Assembly (NCBI RefSeq): GCF_003918875.1
Contig: NW_025766975.1
Coordinates: 1,058,684-1,122,683, forward strand
Direction of reading: 5' to 3'
Length of the DNA stretch: 64,000 bases
From: Haliotis rubra
Taxonomy: Eukaryota
Shown: piece by piece, positions 14,301-26,098 of the stretch
Layout of the letters: every line of letters starts with the position of its first letter
Numbering within the stretch: the stretch's first letter is position 1
Position numbers and translations under genes: made by a program
Notes under the pieces: model-generated
The model's database searches: none
What the model was told of the DNA's origin: nothing
What the model saw: only the letters and a program-made list of their open reading frames with translations

Positions 14301-16520
14301 AAAATGGCCAGCAATGTTCATTTAAGAAGGACAGGCATTCAAGAGCGTAAAGGTTCCCCTCAATGTTCTCTTAAGAAGTCAGAAAAAACCTCTCTTCATC
14401 TTCTGTAACACATTCGACATGCCATGAGGAAAATGATACATGGAGAGCTCTAAGTATGCCTCAGCTTGGTGCCTGGTAACATGAAGTTGGTCGTCGATGC
14501 CCATGGAAGCCCCATTTGGCGTTAATGGTGACATTTTCAGCAAAATATTCAAGTTACATACAGTCATTTTACATACACAAAGGCCCATGAAAGCCTGAAT
14601 AGTACAAGATTTTCTTGTGGCTACGGAAATGGTCTTGTCGTTGTTGTTTGCAGAACCGCGTTTATTTTCATTCATAATAGATTGAAATGATTCAGTCGCC
14701 CACCAAGTTAAATTTGCACAAGCTAAATCCAGTATTGTAATCGATTGTGGAAACCTATCCATAAAGCTCTGCAGTTATTATTTCTGTGTACGGAGAGTGG
14801 AATGGATGGCCACTCGTGAAGAACAGATGACGACACTGGTAATTACATTGTACACTAAGGAGACCATAAAGACAGGGCCACCTGATAAAGCCTGATCACA
14901 TCTTCTAATATTCACGCCTTGGCTTCTTTGATGAGTGTTGCTTTAAAGGTTAATGTGACTGTGTTGAAACTCGATGCGTTCTGTAATGCAATGTATGATG
15001 TAGACAGAAGATCTCAAGTGTGAATGAAGAGACAAGAAAGACATCAAAATAGAAAACATGTAATCTATACTACACGTTTTATACAGAGATAGTACATAGA
15101 CATAAAAAACATGCATCTGTGTCTTTGCCCAGGATGGTACTTTGTATAGATCACTTTTTCGCATCTCGTGATCTCAAAACTGGTATCGTCATTATTTCAT
15201 GATAGTAATTCATACACACATGCTAATGATATAGCCGGAATGGTACAATGGACGAGCACTAGGAAGAGACATCCTACCAATATGGGAAGTTATTTATATA
15301 AATGGCCAGGAAAATGAAATATACAGCCATGTTTGAGGGTTTGTAAACATTGAACTATTAAAGTTGTTTTTCGATGGTGATGTATTTGATGAAAGTATCT
15401 AAGTTGTGTTTTACACCTTAAGTTTGCATTTTGATGCTTTCTGTTGCAAAGTAGGATCAAATACCAGTAACTTCTAAATTTATGCATTAATATCTCTTTG
15501 GGAAATCAGAATGATAATGCTAAGCATAATGCAAGTTTATTTGATTATTTCGCGAGACATTATATAGTGGATAACACACAAACAACGTCGCCAGACATAA
15601 AAGGGAGTCAACAAGAAATTTGGAATGCAAGAGCTGTTCAATTGACAGATTGTCAATTTGTGATAATTTCAAATTCCATTTCCATTATTCCTTTTTCAGG
15701 AGTGCATAAACCGTCTTGATAAACATATATTATACTCCATCAAAGAGGCAAGACTATAATACACTGACGTTTGTAGACAAGTCACAAAACATATGTAATA
15801 TTTAACTAATATTTGACATATGATGCAATCGTATCAGTTCACATGTACAACATTTATACAACTTTCGCGCGGAAAATGTCTGTAAGATTGCATTATGTAG
15901 TATTCTCAATTCACAGTACATTATGCTAGCTTCTTTGAAGTTCATGATGTGACAAGCGCCAGGATAATCTTCCCAATGCGAATGGTACCAATAATTGTAC
16001 CAAAGATAACTTAAATACATGCTTGGAAATATCCAAACAACTAATACTGGATAAATGACACTTTTTGACACACGAGGACTACTAATAAATCCGCCCATCA
16101 ACCAAGGAAAGACCATTAAGAGGAAACATATCAAGTGTTCTTAAATTATAAACAAATGAAACTTTACAATGAAATACCACAGGCACAAATATATCAGCAC
16201 TGAAAAGGTTAACAGTCGCCAGTCATGATATAATACAATTGCAAATATCCATTATGAAAGGTAATGATTTTGAAAGTTGAAGGTATAATGTAACGAATAT
16301 CTCTTGGATACAGGTTTTAATCAAAACGATATAGGTATTTACTTTTATATCTTTGTCATATGAACGTCCAGACAAAATGGATGAAACAGCTTCATAGAAA
16401 CTTTCAGTGGGTTGTTAAAGTATGTTTTAGCTATGGGATTCTAGCAATGCCTATTCACTATTATTGTGCAGAGAAGCGTTAGTGAATGTGATTAGGTTTA
16501 TGCCGTTTATGTTTAACTTT

Positions 16521-16670
16521 GGGGAGGGGGGAGGGGGTCACACTTTAGTTTTGATGGGGGGCACTTGTCCTAAGGGGCATATAGCCTAGGGGGCAGTTGT
16601 CCGGGGGCCACAATGGATGGGGGCAGATAGCCAGGGGGCAGTTGTCCGGGGGACAGTTAGCCTGATACCA
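16521..16670. repeat. G-rich degenerate tandem repeats (GGGGG-CA-R-TTG/TAG-CC)
   Basis: ggggaggggggagggggtcacactttagttttgatggggggcacttgtcctaaggggcatatagcctagggggcagttgtccgggggccacaatggatgggggcagatagccagggggcagttgtccgggggacagttagcc. At least 9 runs of G4-5. Found only at the unit B/C junction. Confidence 0.8.
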
Positions 16671-17354
16671 TATTATTGGCAATATGTTTTATTTGTTTTA
16701 CTAAATGTGTTTGTATGTTAACAGCATAGCTCTCGTCGCTCAAGTATTAAGGGATGTTGATTCAAACGATTCTTACAAGAACAGAGCAGTGCTTATGTTA
16801 ACATTTCTTTTGCTACACTGGCATTGTTACGAACATCAGCTGAGACGTTTGACTGCGGCCTGTAAACCATCGAGATTAGACCAGCCAATCCAGTGACTGG
16901 TAATAATTCCTGGTAATAATTCAATAAAGGAGCTACAGGCCCATTATACAGTTACGAAGGTTCACTGATATTGTGAGCCACGATCACAGCAGTCGGAATA
17001 TTGTTAACGCCCTATCAACCAAGTCACCGAATATGTCCAGTCGATCCATTATGTAGCCTCTTAGGACCAGCTAATAATCTCGTCATGATGGAAGGTCAAA
17101 GATTACAATATGACGAATACAATTTTAGTTTCAAATACGTCATGAAGTTAATCTCAGACCCAGATATTGTTCCGTTCAGCTGTTTTTAGAACAAACAAAA
17201 GGTTACAATATGACACATCAAATTTTAGTTTCAATTAAGTCTTGGAGTTATCTCAGACCCAGATAAATTCCAGTTCCATGATCAATTATCAGCTTTTGAG
17301 ATCAACATCATTACTTATATTACTTCTTATAAAATCCCATCAGTCACGGAATAT

Positions 17355-17486
17355 GGGGTAGCCCAGTAGTTAAACCGTTCGCTCGTCACGTCAAAGAGTT
17401 CGATTCTGCACACAGATACAACGACTGAAGGCGATTTATGGTCCAGTGTAATATTGCTAAAAGCGTCGTTAAACCATACTCACTCC
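17355..17486 (+). mobile_element. SINE family A (unit C orthologue)
   Basis: ggggtagcccagtagttaaaccgttcgctcgtcacgtcaaagagttcgattctgcacacag...gtaatattgctaaaagcgtcgttaaaccatactcactcct. Confidence 0.7.
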
Positions 17487-17981
17487 TGTACGATAGACAC
17501 TTATCATCCTCACGGTTCTATGATTAATGCTTGGAAAATATTGACATCGCGACATAAGTATATGTGCGTGGAGCAGACTCATCTCGACTGTGCAGTGTCC
17601 AACATGTTATTACTATACAAGTGGTCATTGTTACGCGTCAACAATACACACGATCAAGACCACGGCTAATTCATTTGATGGCGTGTCTATCTAATAATAC
17701 TTGCTATCTTTGTCGAGGCAAAGTTTCCGCCAGACAAGACGTATATTTATGGTCTAGGATTTACATATGCTGAACGCAAATACTGTAACAATGAGCCCGT
17801 TGTCATTTCGGAACACGATAGGTGTATATTTGAATAGTGGTTGAGTGGTCAGTGTGTTTACACAACTGTCCAGACATATAATCATACGTCATAGGGTTGG
17901 GCCCTGAGATACATCAATGCCCATTGCTTGACCTTTAAAGAAGCTGCATAGACATATACTCTGTGATTATAAGGAGAATCG

Positions 17982-18226
17982 TACCCATGAAGGTCCGGGT
18001 TAGAATATTGATCTTCAGTAACCCATGCTTGTCGTAGGAGGCGACTAACGGGATCGGGTGGTCAGGCTCGCTGACTTGGTTGACACATGTCATCAGGTTC
18101 CCAATTGCGCAGATCGATGCTCATGCTGTTGATCACTGGATTGTCTGGTCCAGACTCGATTATTTACAGACCGCCGCCATCTAGCTGGAATATTGCTGAG
18201 TGAGGCGTAAAGCCAAACTCACTCAT
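17982..18226 (+). mobile_element. SINE family B, young copy-specific insertion with 13-bp TSD
   Basis: Sense-oriented copy (head ...catgaaggtccgggttagaat... to tail ...gcgtaaagccaaactcactcat). It is flanked by perfect direct repeats ataaggagaatcg at 17969-17981 and 18232-18244. It is absent from the orthologous sites in unit A (~5270) and unit B (~11770). Confidence 0.85.
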
Positions 18227-18534
18227 ACACTATAAGGAGAATCGCGGTCTAAAATATGCATTCTCTATGTTTAGGAGTAGGCTAACCATGTAACGTAATA
18301 ATTAAGACGTACTTTCCCCCCTTTACTGACACTATATCAATAACATTGGTTGCTGTATGTATAATTCATTGGGTTGTGTGGCAGTAATTGCTTGGACTGT
18401 TAGAAATGTGTTGTTTATGAAACAGCAGTGTAGGGTACATGAAGTATTGACAGGGAACGGACCTCTACTCCACATTGACTATAACAGTCTTAGCATCATT
18501 GGGTGAACATTCTTTCATCGATGCCTCCTGCTAC

Positions 18535-18660
18535 TTCTCGAGTGAGTGAGTGCAGGACTGAGTGATAGTGTGAGTGGGTGAGTGAGTGAGTGAGTGAGTG
18601 CGGGAATGAGTGATAGTGTGAGTGGGTGAGTGAGTGTGTTCCACGGACGGTGGTCTGGCG
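18535..18660. repeat. (GAGT)n-rich microsatellite block
   Basis: gagtgagtgagtgcaggactgagtgatagtgtgagtgggtgagtgagtgagtgagtgagtgcgggaatgagtgatagtgtgagtgggtgagtgagtg. A homologous block lies at 12060-12130 and 12430-12500. Confidence 0.85.
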
Positions 18661-20934
18661 AGTGAGTGTGTCATTGTGTCAGTGTATGAATATAGTTTTA
18701 CGTCACGCAATTTTCTCGCAACATCACGGACGGTGACACCCGTCTGCAGACATTATGTGTAGCAAACGAAACTGGACCTTCAATGTGAGAGATCTTCTTG
18801 AATCTCATCTCAATATAACGATTTTCCAAAGTTGAAAGATTTGGAGCAGTAAATCTTTTCGACGTACATTTTCCAACACACATCTAAAATAATAATTAAA
18901 ATTTAGGACTGCCTAACTTCTGATGCACGAAAACAGCAAACATTGCATTATGTGATTATTGTATCCTAAATAGTGGAGGAAGTGTTTTATGCCTAACGCT
19001 GCACTCCTGATACTACTGCGATCATTAAAGTGATAGTTGACCGACCATTCAGCGATTATCAATTTTGTTGAAACCACAATTTAAAGTACTTTTTAACAAA
19101 ATTACGTCTCCAGAGAAGAGCAGAGATTCTACTGCTTGGAAGGTAAAAGATACACTTTGAACGTCAATGATAGAGGATCCCCAGTCTCTCTAATACTTTG
19201 AAACAGATTCCATTCGGCTGTAAAGGACTACAACACATATTCTTACCGACGCCGTATCTTGCCACACCTGCTGGAATTGGTTTTTAGATGATTTGTATGT
19301 TCAGCCTGGTATTGTGAAATGGGACGTAAACGTGTCTCCAGATCATCAGTATTTCAGTACATTTACGCTCACACTTTGACCATTCCAGACAGCAGGTGTA
19401 AACCAAATTTCTGTTGTCCCTCGATGTGATATTAGTGGAATAGTATGACAGCGGCGTAAAACCATATTCACTCATTCTCCAAACAGTAGTGAATACAACC
19501 GAGTAGCGCCAATCAACTAATGGATGTTCGCTAAGTAAACAGTGTTCTCTCACACTACTTCCATTTTTACACCCAGTTCCTGACAAATTTCCAAATGCAT
19601 CTAGTGTTTATGTCTGAGTGATCAAAGGAGAATATTCCCGTAAACCAATGTGCCAGTCTAAATGTCAAAGATTTCCGATACTACTGAGATTTGCGGTCAC
19701 AAGTATATGTTATATTTTGTCATCAGTGTAAATCTAACGTATTTAAAAGAATCGCTTGGCTTTGGAATATTGGGGTCATATGAACAGAGTTATTTGTGGA
19801 GATAGTTTGGCGTTTCTGCAGCATCGTATAAATCAGGATAAGTTCAGAATAAAATCAATAATTCTGACACTACTGGTTTCTGACTATATAAGTCTATAAT
19901 CGCCCAGTAAATAACACGTCAAGCCGACAAAACTGGAACTAATAACTTACAGCTGTCAACGTTGATTGATGTATTGCCATTGGAAGTTCGTATCGAAGAA
20001 AACGATGATCCTTGTGCCTTTACGGAGGGATTAAAACTAATGTATTGTGTAAGTAGAAGTAAGGAAAAAAATTGATAATATTTGGAAAGGCACACTGTTT
20101 GTGTATTTTGAAATATCTTCAGTTGACTTTGAAATCGTTGTAAAACTGGATAATTGTTGGTAATAAATCGTGGCAATTTGGAGCCCTATCTATCGAGCGC
20201 TGCAGTTACTATTTCAGTGTACAGAGAGTGGAATAGATGACCACTCGCGAAGAACAGATGACGACACTGGTGATTACATTGTACACTAAGGAGATCATAA
20301 AGACAGGGCCACCTGATAAAGCCTGATCACATCTTCTAATATTCACGCCTTGACTTCTTTGATGAGTGTTGCTTTAAAGGTTAATGTGACTGTGTTGAAA
20401 CTCGATGCGTTCTGTAATGCAGTGTATGATGTAGACAGAAGATCCCAAGTGTGAATGACGAGACAAGAAGGACATCAAAATAGAAAACTTGTAATCTATG
20501 CATATAATACAACGCTAGTACATAGGCATGAAATGCATGCATCTGTGTTTTTACAAAGGATGTGCTTTGTATAGATCACTTTTTCGCATGTGGTGATTAC
20601 AAAACTGGTATCATCATTATTTCATAGTAATTCATACTCGTATGGTAATCATATAGCCGGAATGGTACAAGGTACCAACACCCGTTAGAGACTTCCTACC
20701 AACATGGGAATGGTTTTGTGGCTTTTATTTATATAATATAGCCGGAATGGTACAATGGACCAGCACTCGGAAGAGACATCCTACCAATATGGGAAGTTAT
20801 TTATATAAATTGCCGGAAAAGAAAATATACAGCCATGTTTGAGGGTAACAAAAGACTGAACGAACTGTTGAAATTGTTATTCGATGGTGTTGTATTTGAT
20901 TTGAAGTTTCAATATGTGTATCAAAGTTTGGTTT

Positions 20935-21175
20935 GGTTTGTTAGTTGTTTAATACAGCACTAAGCAATATTCCAACTATATTGCGGCGGTTTTGAAACAA
21001 TCGACCGTGGACCAGAAAGTCCAGTGATCAACATCATGATCATCGGTCTACGCAGTTGAGATACGATGACATGTGAACCAAGTCAGCGAGCCTGACAAGC
21101 CGATCCCATTCGTCTCCTCTTACGACAAGCATGGGTTGCTGAAGACCAATCTAACCCGGATCTTTACGGGTACAA
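20935..21175 (-). mobile_element. SINE family B copy
   Basis: gtttaatacagcactaagcaatattccaactatattgcggcggttttgaaacaatcgaccgtggaccagaaagtccagtgatcaac...tcttacgacaagcatgggttgctgaagaccaatctaacccggatctttacgggtac. Confidence 0.8.
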
Positions 21176-24100
21176 TCCATCAAAGATACGAGACTTTAAC
21201 ACACTGTAGTAAGTAGACTAATGCACACGACAGACACATTCAATATTCAATCTTAATCTTCTCAGTTCACATGTAGGACAATATTACAGATTTCACCCTA
21301 AACATTGCTGTACGATTGCCTTATGTGAACACTCGATGAACTTTATGAAAGCTTCTTTACAGTATCAACATTAGATTTTGAAGTTCATGATATGACAAGC
21401 GCCCGGTAATCTTTCTAATGCCAGTGGTACCATTTATTGTACCAAACGATTACTTAAATACCTGCTTTGAATTGTCCGAAATGAACAAGTGATGATGGAT
21501 GAATGACACATTCTGACACATGACCATGGTTCCTAGTATGGATATCTACCTTCAGATGTGCTGGCGATCTATAGCCCGTGTTTTATATTTATTTGTATTG
21601 TCTTCCTTAATTACACTGTTTTAGTTTTACATGCTAGTTTTATGTTCATATCTGTGATACTCTAGTATTTTTACTGTCCATCGTCGACAGGTTTAACTCT
21701 TCATAATGTTATCATGTTTGTATTATATAAATTGTTTTCGTCACCATATGGCTGAGATATTGCCGCTGTAACGTTAAATATGAACTCACTCACTCTGACA
21801 CATGAGGACTGTTCTTAAATTATATTATACTATATTCCAATGACATACCACAGGCACACATATGTATTAGCTCTGGAAAGGGTAAAAGTCACCAGTCATA
21901 ATATGATAAAATTGCATACAGCCATTACGAAGGTTAATGATTGTGAAAGTTTAAGGTATAATAATAATATATCCTAACGGATAGCCTTTGGGTTCAGGTT
22001 TTAATCAAAGCGATAACGGTATTTACTCTTATAGCCTTGTCATATGAACGTCCTAACAAAATGGTTGAAACAAATTCATAGAAACGTTCAGTAAGCAGTT
22101 AAAGTATGCTTTACCTCTGGTATTCTAGCAATGACTATATTTACTGATATTGTGTACAGACAATGTGGACAATGATGATGCTATTACGATAGATATATAG
22201 ACAGGGCTTTCCGGTAACATTCCTACATTCATATACTGGCTTCAGTTGACGAGTGTTGCTCCGAAAGGTTAATGTTGTCTCTCTTGGCTCTGTAATGAAG
22301 CATATGTAGTAATAGAAGGTGCTAAGTATCAACGACGAGATAGCCAAGGCTCCCATAACGTTACGTTATCGTATGTCTCGTAGAAGGTCTCAATACATAT
22401 AAGGTGCAGGAATTCCGTAGTAAGTGTTATCACCCGTATATGAGTTTTTGTTCGTTACTTTCGCAATTTGAATATAACAAGGTAGCCAACTTTGATGTTT
22501 CATCTACCAAAATATAATGAGGTTATGGTATGATCTAAAAAGGCGGGTATATATAACCGTGAGATGTTGAGTCATATATGTTCATTCAGAAGTGTTACAT
22601 GGACATTTACAAACGAAAATGTATGTTCCTGATCCAGTCATTAATCACGTCAATATATATTGCAGCCATGTCAACAATGTCAATGCATGTCATTATCTCT
22701 ATCCGCTAATATGAAATATAATACATGGTAAATATATTGTAGAAAGCTGAATGGCAGAAGATAAATTGGATACATCTTCATTTCTTTGCCATAAACACTT
22801 TAAATAGAATGTTCCAAATCATTTCTATAATTACAAGAAATCGTGCCGAAAAAACAGATTCTATTTTACGATTCTACCCTTAAACGTTTCGAAACTAAAG
22901 CTTTAAAAAAGCACAAAGTAAAGGATGATATTTCATTGCAACTGCAACATTTTTACCTAGAAGTGGTAATTACCGAATGTACAAAAAATATGGCACGTTA
23001 GAGTCATCTGTGAACAAGGCATCCAATTACGTAGAGGTGTAAGATGTAATATATAGCTACCGAATGATCGCTCTGTTCCTTCCGGGCGTTCTTCAACATC
23101 GTAATCAGTTTGGCCAGTTCATGTTCAGTAAACTGGACATGAACTTCGTCACCAAATTAACCATCGTGATATCCCAAAGCTTCTTCTTCAAACACTTTTA
23201 AAATGAAATATTTTCATGTATTATGTAGCTCATGAAAGGCATAAGTGAGTGAATTTTGAATTTCAGGTTAAGAAGAAGTACACAAGCCATTTCCAGTACC
23301 ATACGAAACCTGTGCTTAGAGCAGAGCCCGTCGATTATATTATAAACATGCGTTACAAAATCACTAACACTTAGTGGTGATACCAGATGTTCGCCAAAAG
23401 ATGAGCATATTCTGCATGTTGCCATCTTAGTTCTACGACTAACCTAAAACCTAGATGTATTACTAAATCAAATCATTATCTCTGCCAAAAAACATATCAA
23501 TTTATGTAATATAAAAAAAATCAATTCCAAAATTCAGTAATTATAAAAATGTATTAAAAGAGATATTTTATGTAGAAAAATGTATTTCAAAGAGAAACAA
23601 TGAAATTGAAAAATTCAATCTTAAATGGAATTCGCTCATCCCAATATTCAGCAACTAATTATTATTACATCTCTACAGCAATGTATCTTCACCTTTTCTG
23701 TGCTTGTTGCTACCATATACCCTTGTTATGGATTTTGTAACCATGGGAACAAATAAAAAACAAAACCAAAAAAGACAAAAACCCAACCTAAACCTAAGCC
23801 AATATTAAAGAATGGGAGCTATGATTAGTGATAAGGCTGCTTTAACAGCTAAAACTGAACAATCACACCAGACCTCGGTTTAGTTACCTATGATTCAAAT
23901 GTGGAAATGTAATCCATATGTTCACAATGAAACGTTTTGAAAGCTTTGCTGTGGCCTTAAATATCGTGATCCTGATCGAACAACGTTTGGGCAAGAGCCG
24001 TATCACGCTCTTTAAAATCTTGATAAAACGATTGTACCTAAAATGTGAAAAGTAAACACCAAAGCATCGGATAAATCTCTGACTAATGAAAAGTGTTGAA

Positions 24101-25607
24101 CTTTAAGAGTAGTTCATGTAACTGTTATTTGTCCGAAACTGAAACTTTAAACTATGCAAAAGTTCAAGAGATGACACTTACAACATTCAGTAACAGCCAG
24201 ACAAATATCTTATACGTAGAAAGCATGAACTACCATGGTAAGCTTTAAAGTAAATTTAATGAAAATAAAATGTAATGTTTGACTCGGATGTAGTTCCACA
24301 ATGTTTATGACTGTGTCCCTTCTGTACAGGTCGTTTAGAAGATGATCTTCATATTCTACATTCGTGAATCTCAAAAATGGTTTGAGGAGACATAATAACT
24401 ACCTGCTAAAGACATGTACACTTACCATTAGAAGTGTGATGTGTTATCATCAAATTGGTCATTTATTCAATTTATACTTTTCAACATACATTTAAATATT
24501 AAATATTGCTTATTATTCAAAAAGGAAGATAATACACTTGTTGATCTTCAACTAGCCACATAATTGCATACTTGTAAGCGTACATGTACATCTTAATAAT
24601 GTATTGCATATCAACTGAATCAAAATAGAATATCATATTCTTGGTGACAAGTGTACCCGAATATTATATGCAAAAGAACATTTACAATTTGTTTAATTGA
24701 CTAATGCTTTGAACGCATTTCAGGAATCGATGATAAAAATATATTCATCACCAATCCGACATGTTATTCTTGCTGATCATCCGTAATTCGCCTACACGAG
24801 AAGCCAACGTTACGATCATCACAAACTGTTGTGGACGCCTTCTACATTATGGACTGAAGAACGGTGCACATTTGAAGAACATTTGTACCATTCGTGGTGG
24901 TACATCAGATATTATTGGGATTTTACGTTTTACATGTCAAAGGAAAAAGAAACGTTTCAATATATTCAAATGAAAAGTCAGCCTTGTGTCGTCACTGTTT
25001 TTTAATGTGATTTCCAGAGGGAAACTTGTTCCTGTTTTGTTTTGTCCCCCATGAGTCGTTAATTCGTTTTAGTCGCTGATGTAGAAGTTGTAATCTTTCC
25101 GATCTGTTGAAACCCGACTCTGGTGTAGACACTGCGACAAGCGTTTTTGTAACAGCATCACTTCACATTCTATGTGAAAGTCTCAAAGGGGATTATGATA
25201 AGCTCAGCAAACATATTTAAAGGGTGTATTCCTAATGCAGTAATCCCGTTTCGACTAGCAGTTTTACATTAGTCTGAAAGGGGATTATGATACGTTGTGC
25301 AAAGATATTTTTAAAATGAATTTCAAAATCGAATAATTCCCTTACGACTCGTTGTTGTGCAGTTGTGTCACATCTCGTTGACAGTTAATGGCCGGGCAGA
25401 TTCACAATAATGTCCTACGATAGGTAGGCTCGGCATCACAGCAATAACAACAGAATATTGAGCTTAGGCCACTTTTAACAAGGTTCACAAAATTATGTCT
25501 GTTCTGGCATTCGCAGTAATGATCAGTTAATTGTAAAACGCATCTATGCGGCAAATTGTGGCACACCAAACAACTCGGGCAGCCTTCTTGTTTCTTATCT
25601 TTCATAT

Positions 25608-25830
25608 GTGTGTTTGTTGTTTAACACTGGTCACTGCAATGTTCCAGCTATATCACGGGGAACCGATACGATAATCGTGTCTGGACCAGCCAGTCCATCA
25701 ATTGATATTGTGAGCATCGACCAACACCTTCGGGCTACGGAAACAATCTATCAACCAAGGTGACCAAGTATAACCACCTGCTCCACCAGGTCGCCTTTTA
25801 CGACCAGTCTGCTTGTGGGTTAGATTTTCA
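25608..25830 (-). mobile_element. SINE family B, old diverged copy
   Basis: Recognisable backbone tgtttaacactggtcactgcaatgttccagctatatcacgg...gtctggaccagccagtccatcaattgatattgtgagcatcgacc...tcgccttttacgacc at roughly 65-70% to consensus. Confidence 0.55.
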
Positions 25831-25996
25831 TGAACAGCACAAATTGTCCGAAGACTGTGCATAAAGAAATACTTAAACATCCCAAGAAAAGCATGATTGC
25901 ATATACAAAGGCTGGCTGCCGGCACATTGCGTGTTAGAAAGTTTCAAACGTTTCCAGTAGTATCAACTGTCCCATGAACATCTTTACAAACTCGGA

Positions 25997-26098
25997 CCGC
26001 CTCCGTGGTGTAGTGGTTAGAGCGTCCGCCGGAGAGCGGAAGGTCGCGGGTTCGATCCCCGACCGCGTCATACCAAAAGACGTTAAAATATGGTACTT
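25997..26098 (+). other. tRNA-like sequence (pseudo-tRNA or tRNA-derived SINE head)
   Basis: ccgcctccgtggtgtagtggttagagcgtccgccggagagcggaaggtcgcgggttcgatccccgaccgcgtca. It has a good D-arm and T-arm (GGTTCGATCCCC). The anticodon stem TCCGC/GCGGA encloses only a 6-nt loop and the acceptor ends do not pair. It is followed by ...gacgttaaaatatggtac, which resembles the family-A tail. Confidence 0.5.

Larger units (their letters stand above)
9766..16690. repeat. Macro tandem repeat, unit B
   Basis: Collinear with unit A. It lacks the A-equivalent segment 3770-4140. It carries a roughly 900-bp unit-B/C-specific block (12070-12990) with a (GAGT)n microsatellite and SINE-tail fragments. It ends in a G-rich block at 16521-16670. 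Confidence 0.85.
16691..22400. repeat. Macro tandem repeat, unit C (most diverged, partly deleted)
   Basis: 16780-17110 = 3990-4300 of unit A; 17690-17920 = 4990-5220; 19110-20160 = 12990-14050. It lacks the equivalent of 14090-14750 and has an internal 90-bp duplication at 20640-20800. The tail 21140-22360 matches A 8740-9710 at lower identity. Confidence 0.8.

Noticed and set aside
25997-26070. Calling a functional tRNA gene
   Set aside because: The anticodon loop is 6 nt and the acceptor stem cannot pair. The adjacent SINE-like tail suggests a retroposon head.
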